A stretch of 64,000 nt of DNA from an uncultured Bacteroidota bacterium (GCA_942493265.1 OW818688.1:5151147-5215146), one strand, 5' to 3'; shown: positions 10,101-19,163, counted from the stretch's first letter. Numbers and translations: made by a program. The notes: generated by a model not told the origin, from the sequence alone.

Positions 10101-13100
10101 CATTGGCATTAGCGATAGTAGCATAAGCTCCCATGCGGTCGGCAACCATCTTGGCTACGCTGGTGGCAACTGAAGTAGAACCGGTCCAGTCAGCGAGGTT
10201 GTATACAGGAACATTATTAACCACTTTGCTCTCATTGACCAGGAATACCCGGCCGGCTTCGTTCGACTGAACGGCTACGCTGTCCAGGCAATTGTAAGCC
10301 ATCACACTCCAGGTGGTAACCACCGGAATGGTCAGATCCTGGAACTTCACGCAAATCGTCCAGTCCTGGGTAACGGTTGCATCCTGGGCTTTAACCACGC
10401 AGGTGCGACAGTTGCCTTCCGTGCTGAAATCAAGAGCGGTACCGGCGCAATTTCCGGCGGTGCAGCAGATGCTGGCTCCACAACTCAACGTGGAATAGGT
10501 ATAGATCGTTTTCAGATCCGTATTCGGCTTAACCGTAACAATTACGGTATGGGTAGCGGCATCAATCACGGCATTCCCTACCTGGAAGCTGGCCTGGGTG
10601 GTGGAATTTATTCCATCCACAAATTTATAGGTCAGGATGTCGGTAGCGGTACACGGAGGATTCACAACTGAAACCATCCAGTCGGCTTTGGTGACTCCGT
10701 CAGGAGCGGTTACGGTGTACTTAACCGGACCGTTGGTCCAGTTCTGTGCTACGGTAACTGCCGGAGAGATCGTTGCGCCGTTGGCAATTCCAATAACGGA
10801 TGGGGCCAGACTCGTCAGGCTGATCAACACGCCATTAGCATCGCGGTTCGGGATTCTGATATAAATACGACGGGCATAGTCATCAATTTTTACGCCCAGA
10901 TCGCATCCGCAACCGGTGGTGGTGAAAGTGAACTGTGAAATACCGGTATTGGTATTCGGGGTAATGTGAACAGTCACGAAATATTCAACAGAGGTACAAT
11001 TCTCAGCCCATACGGTATACGCTACCGGTGTGGTGAAATCATTTGCTGAAGATCCGCTGGTCTGCAATACCTGGATGTCTTCTGAATGGGTCATCTCGGC
11101 ACCACTCGAAAGCGTGAAGGTAGCAACCAAACCGTGCAGGTTGGTGGCCCATGGTACCCAAACATCAACCTTCTTGGCTGTTTCATCAATCGTAGATGAG
11201 GTGGCAGTCGGGAAAGTATAGGTCAGGATCTTCTTTTCGCCGTTCGATGCACGCGGGGTAACGGTTACTGTATAAACAGCAGTCGAACCATCCTGTGCCG
11301 TTACCGTGAAGGCAACCGGGGAAGAGAAGTTATGGGTGGTAGCCGGGTTCGGGCTAACCGTAGCAGTGGTCGGGATGGCGAAACCAACAGTCAGGTTGGT
11401 CAGGTCGGTACCGGCTTTTACACTGATATTGATAGCATTACCCGTGCGGGTAACAACACCCAGTGCACTGGCTGTTTCGCTCAAACCGTAAGTCAGGTTC
11501 GAGAAGCAGCGTGGCAAACCGGTAACAACAAAGCTATTCAGCCATTTGTCGGTTGCCGGAGGGGTGTTCTTAACATATACATTATAATAGGCTTCATTAC
11601 CATTCTGGGCAACTACCGTATAGGTAACTGCATGGGTATAATCATTGCCCGGTGCCGTACCTGAACATTTCAGGGTTTTGTCGGTGGTGCCAGGTCCGTT
11701 GATAAACACACAAGCCATTGGGGAATGGGTAAAGCTCGAAACCAGGTTAGTCAGGCTAACACCGTAAGGCAGTTCAATATCAATACGCAGGGTATTGTGA
11801 TTGATCGGAGTCAGTGTCCACACATCAGCGGTCAGACCATTGTTATGATCTTCAAATCCGAAGGTGATCAGCTGAGTTCCGGTAAGGGCAGCGCCTCTTA
11901 CAAAAGTTACTGTGTATACATTGGTAGCCACACCGTCAGCAGCCGTAACCGTGAGGGTGATCGGGGTTCCGAAAGAAGCCGAGGTAATCGTGGAGAGTGC
12001 CGGTGAAACGGTGGCACCTTCTGATATCACACCGCTCAATTCGAAGCCGGTCATAGCCGTACCGTAAGGAACGGTTACCGTGAAAGCATTTCCAGTCAGG
12101 GAAACAGTTCCTCCTGCAGGGGTAAATGCCTCACAGGATGCGCAATTCTGATATTCCTTTCCTGCAAAAGTCAGGCTAGAAATCAGGTTGCCGGCATTCG
12201 GATCAACGATAACCGTTACAAAATACTCAACCGTGTTGCAAGCTTCATCGTATACGGTGAAAGCAGCTGGGGTGGTATAGTTGATCGGGCTCAAACCGCT
12301 GGTCTGCGGAACGCGCAGGTCAAGATTCTCTTCTGAGTGAGTTAATCTTGCATACTTATCATTCAGCGTGAAAGTAGCTTTCAGTGCGGTCACGTCGGTT
12401 CCGTAAGGAACATGAACAGTGATCGTTTTGGCAGCTTCGTTGATCGCTCCGCCGTGAGTCATGTGTAACTGCATGTTGCCGGTTCCGGCAGGAGTTACAT
12501 AAGGCTCAAAGGAGAAAGCGGTAATCTGCTTCAGCGTACTTGGAACAACCCAGTTCGGGGTGATCGTGTAGTCAACAGCATCACCACTCTGTGAAGTGAC
12601 CGTAATGGTCAACGGAGTGTTTCCAACCGGAGTCCAGGTAACAGGTGAAGTATGACTTGCAGTTGCCAGAGCTGGGATGGTGAAGCTTACGGACAGTTCT
12701 TTTCCAGCATCGCGAACGTTGCGCAGACGAACTACATAAGCAGGACTGGCTCCGGTGATCTCGCTGGTCAGGGAACTGGTCAGACAGTCAGTCTGTCCGG
12801 TAATTGCCAAACCGGTAAGTTCATTGTGGGTATCAGCAGGAGTTTTAGTTACTACTACATTATAATAACCTTCATCCGGTGCTCCAGCCTGAGAAACAAC
12901 TGTGTAAGTCAGAGGATTGGTAAAGTCATTAACTGTAACGCCTGAAACCTGAAGGCTATGATCAGTTAAGCCAGGACCGTTAATGAAAACACAAGCATGC
13001 GTGCTCATGGTAAACGATGCTGTCAGTGCAGACAGATCGGTAGCCCATGGAACAACAACATCCACACGGTGAGTACCTTCGTTAACCGTACCGGTTACGT

Positions 13101-15147
13101 CAGCACCTAAACCAGGGTTATTGGCTGCCAGGAAATTGAATGAGGTCAGCAAATGAGCATCACTCGGTTCAGCAACAAGAATATTCAGCAGGAAATGTTT
13201 CCGTGAAACACCATTGGCGGCGGTTACAGTAACATGAAAAGGCACGGTATAACCGGTAATGGTAGCAGGATCCATGGTGGCGCCGCTTGATAATACCGGA
13301 GTGGTAGTAAAGGTTGACAGATTGGTTCCGTAAGGAACGGTCAATGTCCAGAAACCATCAACGGTTTTATCACCAGGATCGCTGCCTAGGTTGAAGTTGC
13401 CGGTAAAAGTCCAGGGGGTATAGCCAGGAGTTTCCTCATAGCAAAAATCATCACCGGTTCCGCTGAATCCGATCGAAATAATGTCATTACCGGCGTTAGC
13501 ATCTTCTATAACTACCACAAAATATTCAAGTGTACCACAACCTTGATCGAATACGGTAAAAGCTACCGGTTCTGAATAGTTGTTGGTGGTAACTTCACTT
13601 ACCTGACGTGTGCCGATATCTTCTGAATGAGTCAGAATTGCATATTGATCAGACAGGGTGAATTTAGCAGCAAGCATGGTAGCCGGACTTGACAGATGGG
13701 TTCCGTAAGGTACGTGTACCGTATAAGTTTTAATTGCATTGTTCAGTGATCCTACAGCTTCGTAGAAACCACCGCCAAATTTAGGAACCATTAAACTGAA
13801 AGCATCAAGCGATTTTGTGGTGCTTGGAGCAATCCAGTTAGGAATGAACCGATAGGTGGCCGTTGTTAAATCCTGAGCGGTTACAACAATTGAGAATGCA
13901 TAGGCAACTCCGCTGTTTCCACTGGTAAAAGTGTGAACTGCCGGAGAAGCTGGTAATACTGTTGATAATGGAGCAATTTCATAAGTAAAGGTGAGCGGAT
14001 CATTGTCTATTCCGGTGAGCAATGTAAGGGTATAATCAAATCCACCCAAACCATTGGCAACACCAGGGCTGACAACTGTTGGCCGTTCAGTACCCAAACA
14101 ATCGGTTAAACCGGTAATGATACTTGATGCATCGGTATTACCATCTAAGCCTGTCAGAAACTTTTCAGGACTGGCCGGTGAACCTACAATAGATATGGTA
14201 TAGTTTTCCATATATCCGCTCTCAGCCATTACGGTTAACCAGATCTGGGTACCGTCGGCAGGAAGCTTGTCATTGGCGCACAGATAATTCACTAAAGAAG
14301 TACCCGATGTCATCAATAATTCAGAATGTGAGCGCAAATCAGTGAATGAGCCTAACCAAGGAGTATAGGTCAGATACAGTTCAGCACCAGGGCTAACTGT
14401 AAAATTGGTAGCCATAGCTGCACCCATGGTGCATAATTCACCGTAAGGAACATAGAGTGTTACTGTATTGGTTACCTGATCAACACCTTCGGTAGTAGTA
14501 GCAACAACAGGAGTTACAACAGGAGTGGTTCCCGGAATTGCATAGGTTATAATTTCAGCCTGGTTACTTCCCTCCATTACGAAAGGAGATTCTGTAATGG
14601 TAACCAGATAATTAACATAAGTATCGGTTCCGTATAAGATGGTACGATGAGTGTAAATCCCCATCCAGTTACGGTAATTCCAGTCATAGTTGCTGTAAGT
14701 GGTAACTTCCACTGCAACCCAGGCCTGGTAGCCGGGAGCAGGTGAGGCATCATTGGTCTGGTAGTTCAACCATGACATATCTCCCCCCAAACCTCGGAAT
14801 ACACTTCCCGGGAAAGTGAACCATGAATCCCAGTTCATTTCCAGTCCCACAGCAGGTCCGGCATACTGTGTGCCGGTCCAGAACAACCGGGCAATTTGCT
14901 GAGGTGCAAGTCCACCAAATGTAAAATTGGTAGGTCGCACGGTGAGTGCTGGCAATGTTCCAACCGGTACCGTCAACGACACCGTATGGGTTGCATTGTC
15001 AATCACCCCCATTGTTACTGTTGGAGAACTCCCTGACAGCGAGAACGATGTCAGCTGAGCGTATCCAACACTACCGCTAACTGCAAGGAACGTAAGGACG
15101 AATCCAAACATCCAGAGCAGCTTTCCTAAACGTAGGTGTTTACTCAT
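7186..15147 (-). CDS. Giant (2653 aa) T9SS-secreted cell-surface repeat protein, paralogue 2
   Basis: Intact 7962-nt ORF with an N-terminal signal peptide. Residues ~30-1605 are ~90-110-aa beta-sandwich-like modules with a recurring xVxVP[YW]GT..L...FT.S ... YTV.A.DG....Y.V.V signature. There is a Cys-rich module at ~1553-1586 and a MAM / choice-of-anchor-J-like jelly-roll at ~2052-2195. Two ASH / choice-of-anchor-D-like modules sit at ~1945-2045 and ~2200-2310, and two PPC-like modules at ~2313-2430 and ~2436-2562. The last ~80 aa (LNVYPNPTNGKFTVSI...GVYYLKVNNGKGVKIEKVVIQ) are a textbook T9SS C-terminal sorting domain. Domain names come from motif recognition, not searches. Confidence 0.95.
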   Translation of the reverse strand: MSKHLRLGKLLWMFGFVLTFLAVSGSVGYAQLTSFSLSGSSPTVTMGVIDNATHTVSLTVPVGTLPALTVRPTNFTFGGLAPQQIARLFWTGTQYAGPAVGLEMNWDSWFTFPGSVFRGLGGDMSWLNYQTNDASPAPGYQAWVAVEVTTYSNYDWNYRNWMGIYTHRTILYGTDTYVNYLVTITESPFVMEGSNQAEIITYAIPGTTPVVTPVVATTTEGVDQVTNTVTLYVPYGELCTMGAAMATNFTVSPGAELYLTYTPWLGSFTDLRSHSELLMTSGTSLVNYLCANDKLPADGTQIWLTVMAESGYMENYTISIVGSPASPEKFLTGLDGNTDASSIITGLTDCLGTERPTVVSPGVANGLGGFDYTLTLLTGIDNDPLTFTYEIAPLSTVLPASPAVHTFTSGNSGVAYAFSIVVTAQDLTTATYRFIPNWIAPSTTKSLDAFSLMVPKFGGGFYEAVGSLNNAIKTYTVHVPYGTHLSSPATMLAAKFTLSDQYAILTHSEDIGTRQVSEVTTNNYSEPVAFTVFDQGCGTLEYFVVVIEDANAGNDIISIGFSGTGDDFCYEETPGYTPWTFTGNFNLGSDPGDKTVDGFWTLTVPYGTNLSTFTTTPVLSSGATMDPATITGYTVPFHVTVTAANGVSRKHFLLNILVAEPSDAHLLTSFNFLAANNPGLGADVTGTVNEGTHRVDVVVPWATDLSALTASFTMSTHACVFINGPGLTDHSLQVSGVTVNDFTNPLTYTVVSQAGAPDEGYYNVVVTKTPADTHNELTGLAITGQTDCLTSSLTSEITGASPAYVVRLRNVRDAGKELSVSFTIPALATASHTSPVTWTPVGNTPLTITVTSQSGDAVDYTITPNWVVPSTLKQITAFSFEPYVTPAGTGNMQLHMTHGGAINEAAKTITVHVPYGTDVTALKATFTLNDKYARLTHSEENLDLRVPQTSGLSPINYTTPAAFTVYDEACNTVEYFVTVIVDPNAGNLISSLTFAGKEYQNCASCEAFTPAGGTVSLTGNAFTVTVPYGTAMTGFELSGVISEGATVSPALSTITSASFGTPITLTVTAADGVATNVYTVTFVRGAALTGTQLITFGFEDHNNGLTADVWTLTPINHNTLRIDIELPYGVSLTNLVSSFTHSPMACVFINGPGTTDKTLKCSGTAPGNDYTHAVTYTVVAQNGNEAYYNVYVKNTPPATDKWLNSFVVTGLPRCFSNLTYGLSETASALGVVTRTGNAINISVKAGTDLTNLTVGFAIPTTATVSPNPATTHNFSSPVAFTVTAQDGSTAVYTVTVTPRASNGEKKILTYTFPTATSSTIDETAKKVDVWVPWATNLHGLVATFTLSSGAEMTHSEDIQVLQTSGSSANDFTTPVAYTVWAENCTSVEYFVTVHITPNTNTGISQFTFTTTGCGCDLGVKIDDYARRIYIRIPNRDANGVLISLTSLAPSVIGIANGATISPAVTVAQNWTNGPVKYTVTAPDGVTKADWMVSVVNPPCTATDILTYKFVDGINSTTQASFQVGNAVIDAATHTVIVTVKPNTDLKTIYTYSTLSCGASICCTAGNCAGTALDFSTEGNCRTCVVKAQDATVTQDWTICVKFQDLTIPVVTTWSVMAYNCLDSVAVQSNEAGRVFLVNESKVVNNVPVYNLADWTGSTSVATSVAKMVADRMGAYATIANANDTVYVKTSGLYSGIYYAYSVDNSGNISCISAQRVYLDICDVEVATMCDLRGQPMVYRYTLTGEVFVTYEETRTGGNLKYVQDATCGIKIVDKLNGMKVSYGVGQGLKNLRGTLDNSGVDLTFIPDCCYAPTLTTTGNVVAPIELSWDQFKADCYGSGSAKMYESMLVKITTPMIAFDDYDAIHPNWMFNVGHASDLATTNAMGGYEYFIQSEFNSSLIGTPIPTVPAYYTGIRTNVNWGSVYGLITPRKAADIVVLTAPVITGNPNPALIGGVVVGLCGTVNIKIYNEGVGNATITALYLDDAAATDGFNLLTPPAVPFTLGTWTSNSVTVNFCPTVAGNKTTYLVVEYGVGQVLRIPINGTTMLIYPLPFSENFNASTPPAAWNSKNLIFGNYGNGLTADNGYLYGWSWVTPKSAKPIYLITPGIDMRGASHPILTFRYGTVYDSYFRVDISTDYTNWTTLKDWGWHTLGVAKSATYTVDLSSFAGQIVYVRFYSAQGNYFGVDDVLIQEQVTTPIPSVTPLIADFGGVQVGQTGTIHVTLINKGVSILKVKGTAIVAPSVFGLTDTNTYPVEVTNNGYYAYSINGKESVEFDVTFSPTDIGAKTGKIVITYGLYNEQTIEIPMKGEGLSCYTAAEATIGQNYAPSQNTWFKYTADKFSIVEVTSCDAHQDLVTDEYAWDTFLYLYSDCEGTLIGSNDDMEGACVYNRASSSVTTTVNAGETIYIFWPLSFPTAQHAYEGFYFNINVSYPVDGDVCENAIPLTLPVVNHFGTTRGFNDDYDVSPCSPFSNYMDGNDKVYTISLPYEGYLTANILGAYGSVHVLDICPTETLEKFHCKLFIGGPNGGQNEKKIAAGTYFVIISTWSPPQTVDYLLNMSFRGTGVDNSELMSNLNVYPNPTNGKFTVSISNTEALDMTLELVNISGQVVYRNEVKAAYSYNEDIDATTFAKGVYYLKVNNGKGVKIEKVVIQ
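10333..13830 (-). repeat. Intragenic super-repeat of about 1.3 kb (~430 aa, four modules in fixed order), ~2.7 copies
   Basis: Residues ~440-868, ~868-1306 and ~1307-1605 of the 2653-aa protein align by eye module for module. Examples: KTYTVHVPYGTHL..FTLSDQYAILTHSED / KTITVHVPYGTDV..FTLNDKYARLTHSEE / KKVDVWVPWATNL..FTLSSGAEMTHSED, and SFTMSTHACVFINGPGLTD / SFTHSPMACVFINGPGTTD. Confidence 0.7.
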
Positions 15148-15302
15148 AATGTTAATTAAAAGTTAATAAATGAAGTTAAAGTTATTTTTCATATTATACG
15201 CCGATGCTGAGATCGCCATAATTCCGCTAAAATAGGGACATATAAAGTGGTAAGCAAATTATTAATCAAAAATATTAACTGAATTAATAATTTAATTTCC
15301 AA

Positions 15303-16973
15303 TTAATATTTTGCCACCAGAGGCATTCTTCGACCCATGCCAAAGGCTTTTGATGACACCCGGAGAATCGGCGGAGATTGAAACCGTTTATATTCGCTAC
15401 GGTTGACCAATGATGCTGCCTTTTCAACCACTTCCGCAGGAAATCCGCTTGAAACAATGGTTGCAAGAGGTTCCTTCAACTCAATGTACCGGTAAAGTAT
15501 AGGATCAAGAACACTATACTCAGGAAGTGAGTCGCTATCTTTCTGACCGGGACGCAATTCAGCTGACGGAGCCTTTATGCAAATATTATTGGGGATTATT
15601 TCTTTATTTTTATTAATAAATGCCGCAACCTTATAAATATCAGTCTTATATACATCGCCTAAAACAGATAATCCACCGTTCATATCCCCATAAAGGGTAG
15701 CATAACCCACAGCTGCTTCGCTTTTATTGGAGGTGTTCAGCAAAATCATATTGAATTTATTCGCTAAAGCCATCAGAATAACTCCCCTGATCCGCGCTTG
15801 CAGGTTCTCTTCCGTTACGTCCTCGGGTAATCCTCCAAATTCGGGCTTCAACTGCTCCAAAAATGACTCCATCATCGAATCAACCGGAATGCGGCTGCAT
15901 TTTACGCCGAGATTCTCTGCAAGTTGAATGGAATCAGTGATTGAATGACCGGACGAAAAGGGGGAGGGCATCATTACAGGAAGAACATTCTGTGCCCCAA
16001 GTGCTTCAACTGCCAATACCAATGTGAGCGCTGAATCTATCCCTCCTGAAAGGCCCAGAACCGCCTTCTTAAAGCCCATCTTCGAAAAATAGTCTTTAAT
16101 GCCGAAAACCAGCGCTTTATATATCATCCCTAAGCGATATTCCTCACTGAGATTATTTTCAAAACCCGCAACCTGGCTAACTATAGGGTTTATTAAACTC
16201 TCGACGACATATGAACGGACATCCGGGGCGAAGGATGGCAGCTTATCAGCAATCTCTCCTCTCCCATTCAGCACCATCGAAGTGCCATCAAAAATCAATT
16301 CCGTATTTGCCCCAACCTGATTACAATAAAATAATGGTATCCCATATTTAATTACATTCTGGCGTAAAACTTCTTCACGGGCATTTATCCTGTTCGCCGC
16401 AAAAGGACTTGCAGAAATATTTACCATGATATCGGGATTTTGCCTGATTAAAATATCCATGGGCGATACCGTATATAAACGGGTTCTTGAAAAGGTATTC
16501 TCAACAGGCTGGTCATCCCAGATATCCTCGCAGATGGTTAGGGCAATTTTAATTCCCTTAAAGTCAATAATATCAAATTCAGTATTTGGTTCGAAATATC
16601 GATATTCATCAAAGATGTCATAGGTAGGCAGGAGTGTTTTAAACCTGACAGCCTGAACCCGGTTTTCCGCCAGAAGATAAGCAGCATTGTAAAGTTTTTT
16701 GCCCTTCACATTAGGATTTATTGCCGGGCTCCCAACGATTACGGCCACTTTTGAGGTATGCTCAGTTAAAAGCCTGACTGTTTCATCACACTTGTCGATG
16801 AAATCGCGCTGTTCAAGCAAGTCTAAAGGGGGATATCCGCAAATGGATAATTCCGAAAAAATAATCAGGTCAACAAATTCATTTTCAGCCTTTTTAATGG
16901 CTTCCTTCATTAAACTCAAATTTCCGTCGAAATCTGCAATGCGGAAATTCAATTGTGCAATGGCAATTTTCAT
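15303..16973 (-). CDS. nadE: Glutamine-dependent NAD+ synthetase
   Basis: 556 aa. The N-terminal half is a CN-hydrolase (glutaminase) domain (..KIALTICEDIW..). The C-terminal half is an NAD synthetase domain with the ATP-pyrophosphatase SGGxDS motif (LGLSGGIDSALT). Confidence 0.95.
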   Translation of the reverse strand: MKIAIAQLNFRIADFDGNLSLMKEAIKKAENEFVDLIIFSELSICGYPPLDLLEQRDFIDKCDETVRLLTEHTSKVAVIVGSPAINPNVKGKKLYNAAYLLAENRVQAVRFKTLLPTYDIFDEYRYFEPNTEFDIIDFKGIKIALTICEDIWDDQPVENTFSRTRLYTVSPMDILIRQNPDIMVNISASPFAANRINAREEVLRQNVIKYGIPLFYCNQVGANTELIFDGTSMVLNGRGEIADKLPSFAPDVRSYVVESLINPIVSQVAGFENNLSEEYRLGMIYKALVFGIKDYFSKMGFKKAVLGLSGGIDSALTLVLAVEALGAQNVLPVMMPSPFSSGHSITDSIQLAENLGVKCSRIPVDSMMESFLEQLKPEFGGLPEDVTEENLQARIRGVILMALANKFNMILLNTSNKSEAAVGYATLYGDMNGGLSVLGDVYKTDIYKVAAFINKNKEIIPNNICIKAPSAELRPGQKDSDSLPEYSVLDPILYRYIELKEPLATIVSSGFPAEVVEKAASLVNRSEYKRFQSPPILRVSSKAFGMGRRMPLVAKY

Positions 16974-16976
16974 AAA

Positions 16977-17660
16977 TCAAAATACTATTCCCATTTTTAA
17001 TCCTACCTGATTTATCCTTGCATTATCTGCTTTCCGGATATCGTTCTCCCGGGTCACATCCAAAAATGTATTTTTATACATCAGGGCAAACTGCAAGCAC
17101 AGGTTTCCTCCGAGTGAATAATTTATACCAATCCCCGTATGCCAGGCCAGATTAAACTGGCTGATACCGTGATCAAATTCAACTTTATCAATGTTATTAT
17201 CAGTTGCACTCAGCAAGGCGCTGGTATTAAACATCGGATCCAGACCAATTTCGGCAAACCAGGTGGAATATCCGATTTCCGGCATAATAATTTTTAATGC
17301 AACCGGAATTTCAACAAACTGCAATCGGTAGGTAACCTTGGTACCGGGTTGAAGGATTTGATGACCCGAAGCGAGTTCAAGTTCCAGGGCGTCCTTATAT
17401 ATAATATTACCTCCCGTCTGGTTCAGATTGACGCCAACAGAAAATGCATAAAACCGTTCAAATTTATAATCGATGCGCAAACCGCCTTCCATTCCTAAAC
17501 GCACGGCGCCATTACTGAGTGAAGTTTCATCGGCATGCATCCAGTTTACATGCGGCTGGAGGTTGATCCCAAAACTAAGCCTTCGTTCGGACCGCTGGGC
17601 ATACATGCCGGAAAAGCCCAGTAAAAAGGCAATTGCTGTGAGAAAAATTTTTGTTTTCAT
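16977..17660 (-). CDS. Small outer-membrane beta-barrel protein (PorT/OmpW size class)
   Basis: 227 aa with signal peptide MKTKIFLTAIAFLLGFSGMYAQ. It shows an alternating amphipathic strand pattern and ends ..VGLKMGIVF (terminal Phe), typical of OM barrels. Confidence 0.7.
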   Translation of the reverse strand: MKTKIFLTAIAFLLGFSGMYAQRSERRLSFGINLQPHVNWMHADETSLSNGAVRLGMEGGLRIDYKFERFYAFSVGVNLNQTGGNIIYKDALELELASGHQILQPGTKVTYRLQFVEIPVALKIIMPEIGYSTWFAEIGLDPMFNTSALLSATDNNIDKVEFDHGISQFNLAWHTGIGINYSLGGNLCLQFALMYKNTFLDVTRENDIRKADNARINQVGLKMGIVF

Positions 17661-17725
17661 ATCGATTGCAAGTTTTCACTAATTTTAACGTTTTGTCAAT
17701 GGCATTAGTATTCAACAGTACATTT

Positions 17726-18730
17726 ATGAAGACCAACCGATCAATATCGCTAACAAAAATAGGCATTCTTATCCTAATCATGGTCATCGGAGCCGTTTCG
17801 TGCAAACAGGAAACCGGCGGGAACAAGGAATCCATAATTAGGTTTGAGAAGCTCGTATTCAGCATTCCATCAACAAAGCTGGTAGATAGTATCTATTTTA
17901 ATCACAATAACTTAGTTCCATTTTTCAGAATATTCAATGAAGCGATAATTAAAATAGGCCCCGACAGTTTACCCGGATATGCTGAACAAATCGAACGGTT
18001 CACGAAGAATCCGATGATCAGGCAGGTATACACGGAGGTGAATAAGTTATCCGATGAATTTGAGGAAAGCTGCTTATCCATTGATGCAGCATTGGAGCGC
18101 TGGTCCGCATTATCAGGTAATATCCCTCCTGATAACCTGATTACCTATATCTCCGGATTTAATCAGTCGTTTATAACTTTGCCGGATTGCCTCGGTATTG
18201 GTATTGATAATTACCTGGGCTCCGAAAGTCCATTCTATAAAAGCCTGGCAGTCCCGGTTTATATCAGAAATTACAAAAATCCTGAAAATCTCACCGCTGA
18301 TGCAGTGAGAGCATGGATATACAGTGAGTTACCGGAGCCTTCGTTTGATGGAGGGTTTCTCGACAGGATGATTTATGAAGGCAAGGTATATTATATTGCC
18401 AATAAGTTACTCCCGGAGATCAGCGAAGAAAACCTTTTCCATTATACCGGGGATCAGATTCGCTGGTGCCGTGAGCAGGAAAAGGCGATGTGGAAATATC
18501 TCGCCGAGCAGAAGATCCTCTTCTCCACAGACCGGCTTACCATCAGGAAATTCCTGGATGAAGCGCCATTTACCCGTGATTTCGGCAATGAATCGCCCGG
18601 GAAAGCAGGTGTTTGGATTGGATATCGTGTGGTCAGCAGTTATATGAAGGCCACCGGGCTTGATATAAAGGACCTTATCGGAATATCCGGCGCAAAAGAA
18701 ATTCTATCAGGTTCAAAGTACCATCCTTAA
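17726..18730 (+). CDS. gldB: GldB-like gliding-motility lipoprotein (start moved from the track's 17651 to ATG 17726)
   Basis: ATG 17726 gives MKTNRSISLTKIGILILIMVIGAVSC, a lipoprotein signal with a lipobox Cys. The ~334-aa size, the lipoprotein nature, the motifs IIRFEKLVF / YISGFN / GIGIDNYLG and the position beside nadE resemble Flavobacterium GldB as I remember it. Not search-verified. Confidence 0.6.
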   Translation: MKTNRSISLTKIGILILIMVIGAVSCKQETGGNKESIIRFEKLVFSIPSTKLVDSIYFNHNNLVPFFRIFNEAIIKIGPDSLPGYAEQIERFTKNPMIRQVYTEVNKLSDEFEESCLSIDAALERWSALSGNIPPDNLITYISGFNQSFITLPDCLGIGIDNYLGSESPFYKSLAVPVYIRNYKNPENLTADAVRAWIYSELPEPSFDGGFLDRMIYEGKVYYIANKLLPEISEENLFHYTGDQIRWCREQEKAMWKYLAEQKILFSTDRLTIRKFLDEAPFTRDFGNESPGKAGVWIGYRVVSSYMKATGLDIKDLIGISGAKEILSGSKYHP

Positions 18731-18779
18731 ACTAAAATTTCTCAACTTTGTTAAATAATTATCAAACTGAAAAAGAGCT

Positions 18780-19163
18780 ATGCTAAAAAGAAATTCGGTA
18801 TACAGATGCGCCATTTGCGGCAACATTGTTGAGGTATTGCAAGTAGGTGGCGGAACATTATCCTGCTGCGGACAGCCGATGAATTATCTGGAAGAAACCA
18901 CAGCCGATACCTCCCTGGAAAAACATGTACCTTTCATTGCAAAAGAAGCCGGAAGTGTAACCGTAAAGGTTGGAGAGAAACAGGATCATCCAATGCTGGA
19001 TGCACATTACATAGTTTGGATTGAATTATTAACTGACCTGGGTTCATACAAGAAATTCCTGAAACCCGGCGACAAACCTGAAGCAGAATTTCAGATCAGT
19101 GAATCCGAAACTGTATTAGGAGCAAGGGAATATTGCAATCTTCACGGTTTGTGGAGGGGATAA
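18780..19163 (+). CDS. dfx: Desulfoferrodoxin (2Fe superoxide reductase)
   Basis: 127 aa. The N-terminal desulforedoxin-like Cys cluster is CAICGN...SCCGQPM. The C-terminal neelaredoxin centre shows EKHVP, HPM..HYIVWIE and CNLHGLW. Confidence 0.93.
   Translation: MLKRNSVYRCAICGNIVEVLQVGGGTLSCCGQPMNYLEETTADTSLEKHVPFIAKEAGSVTVKVGEKQDHPMLDAHYIVWIELLTDLGSYKKFLKPGDKPEAEFQISESETVLGAREYCNLHGLWRG

Noticed and set aside
17651-17725. N-terminal extensions in the ORF track for several genes: 17651 (gldB-like), 25496 (DUF1573), 26706 (meaB), 35197 (miaA), 35049 (smpB), 47972 (lipoprotein), 60675 (glpF), 62023 (mlaE) and 39906 (GH38-like).
   Set aside because: In each case an internal ATG gives a canonical signal peptide, lipobox or family N-terminus. 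The upstream codons overlap a neighbouring gene or the divergent promoter region. I therefore used the shorter starts.
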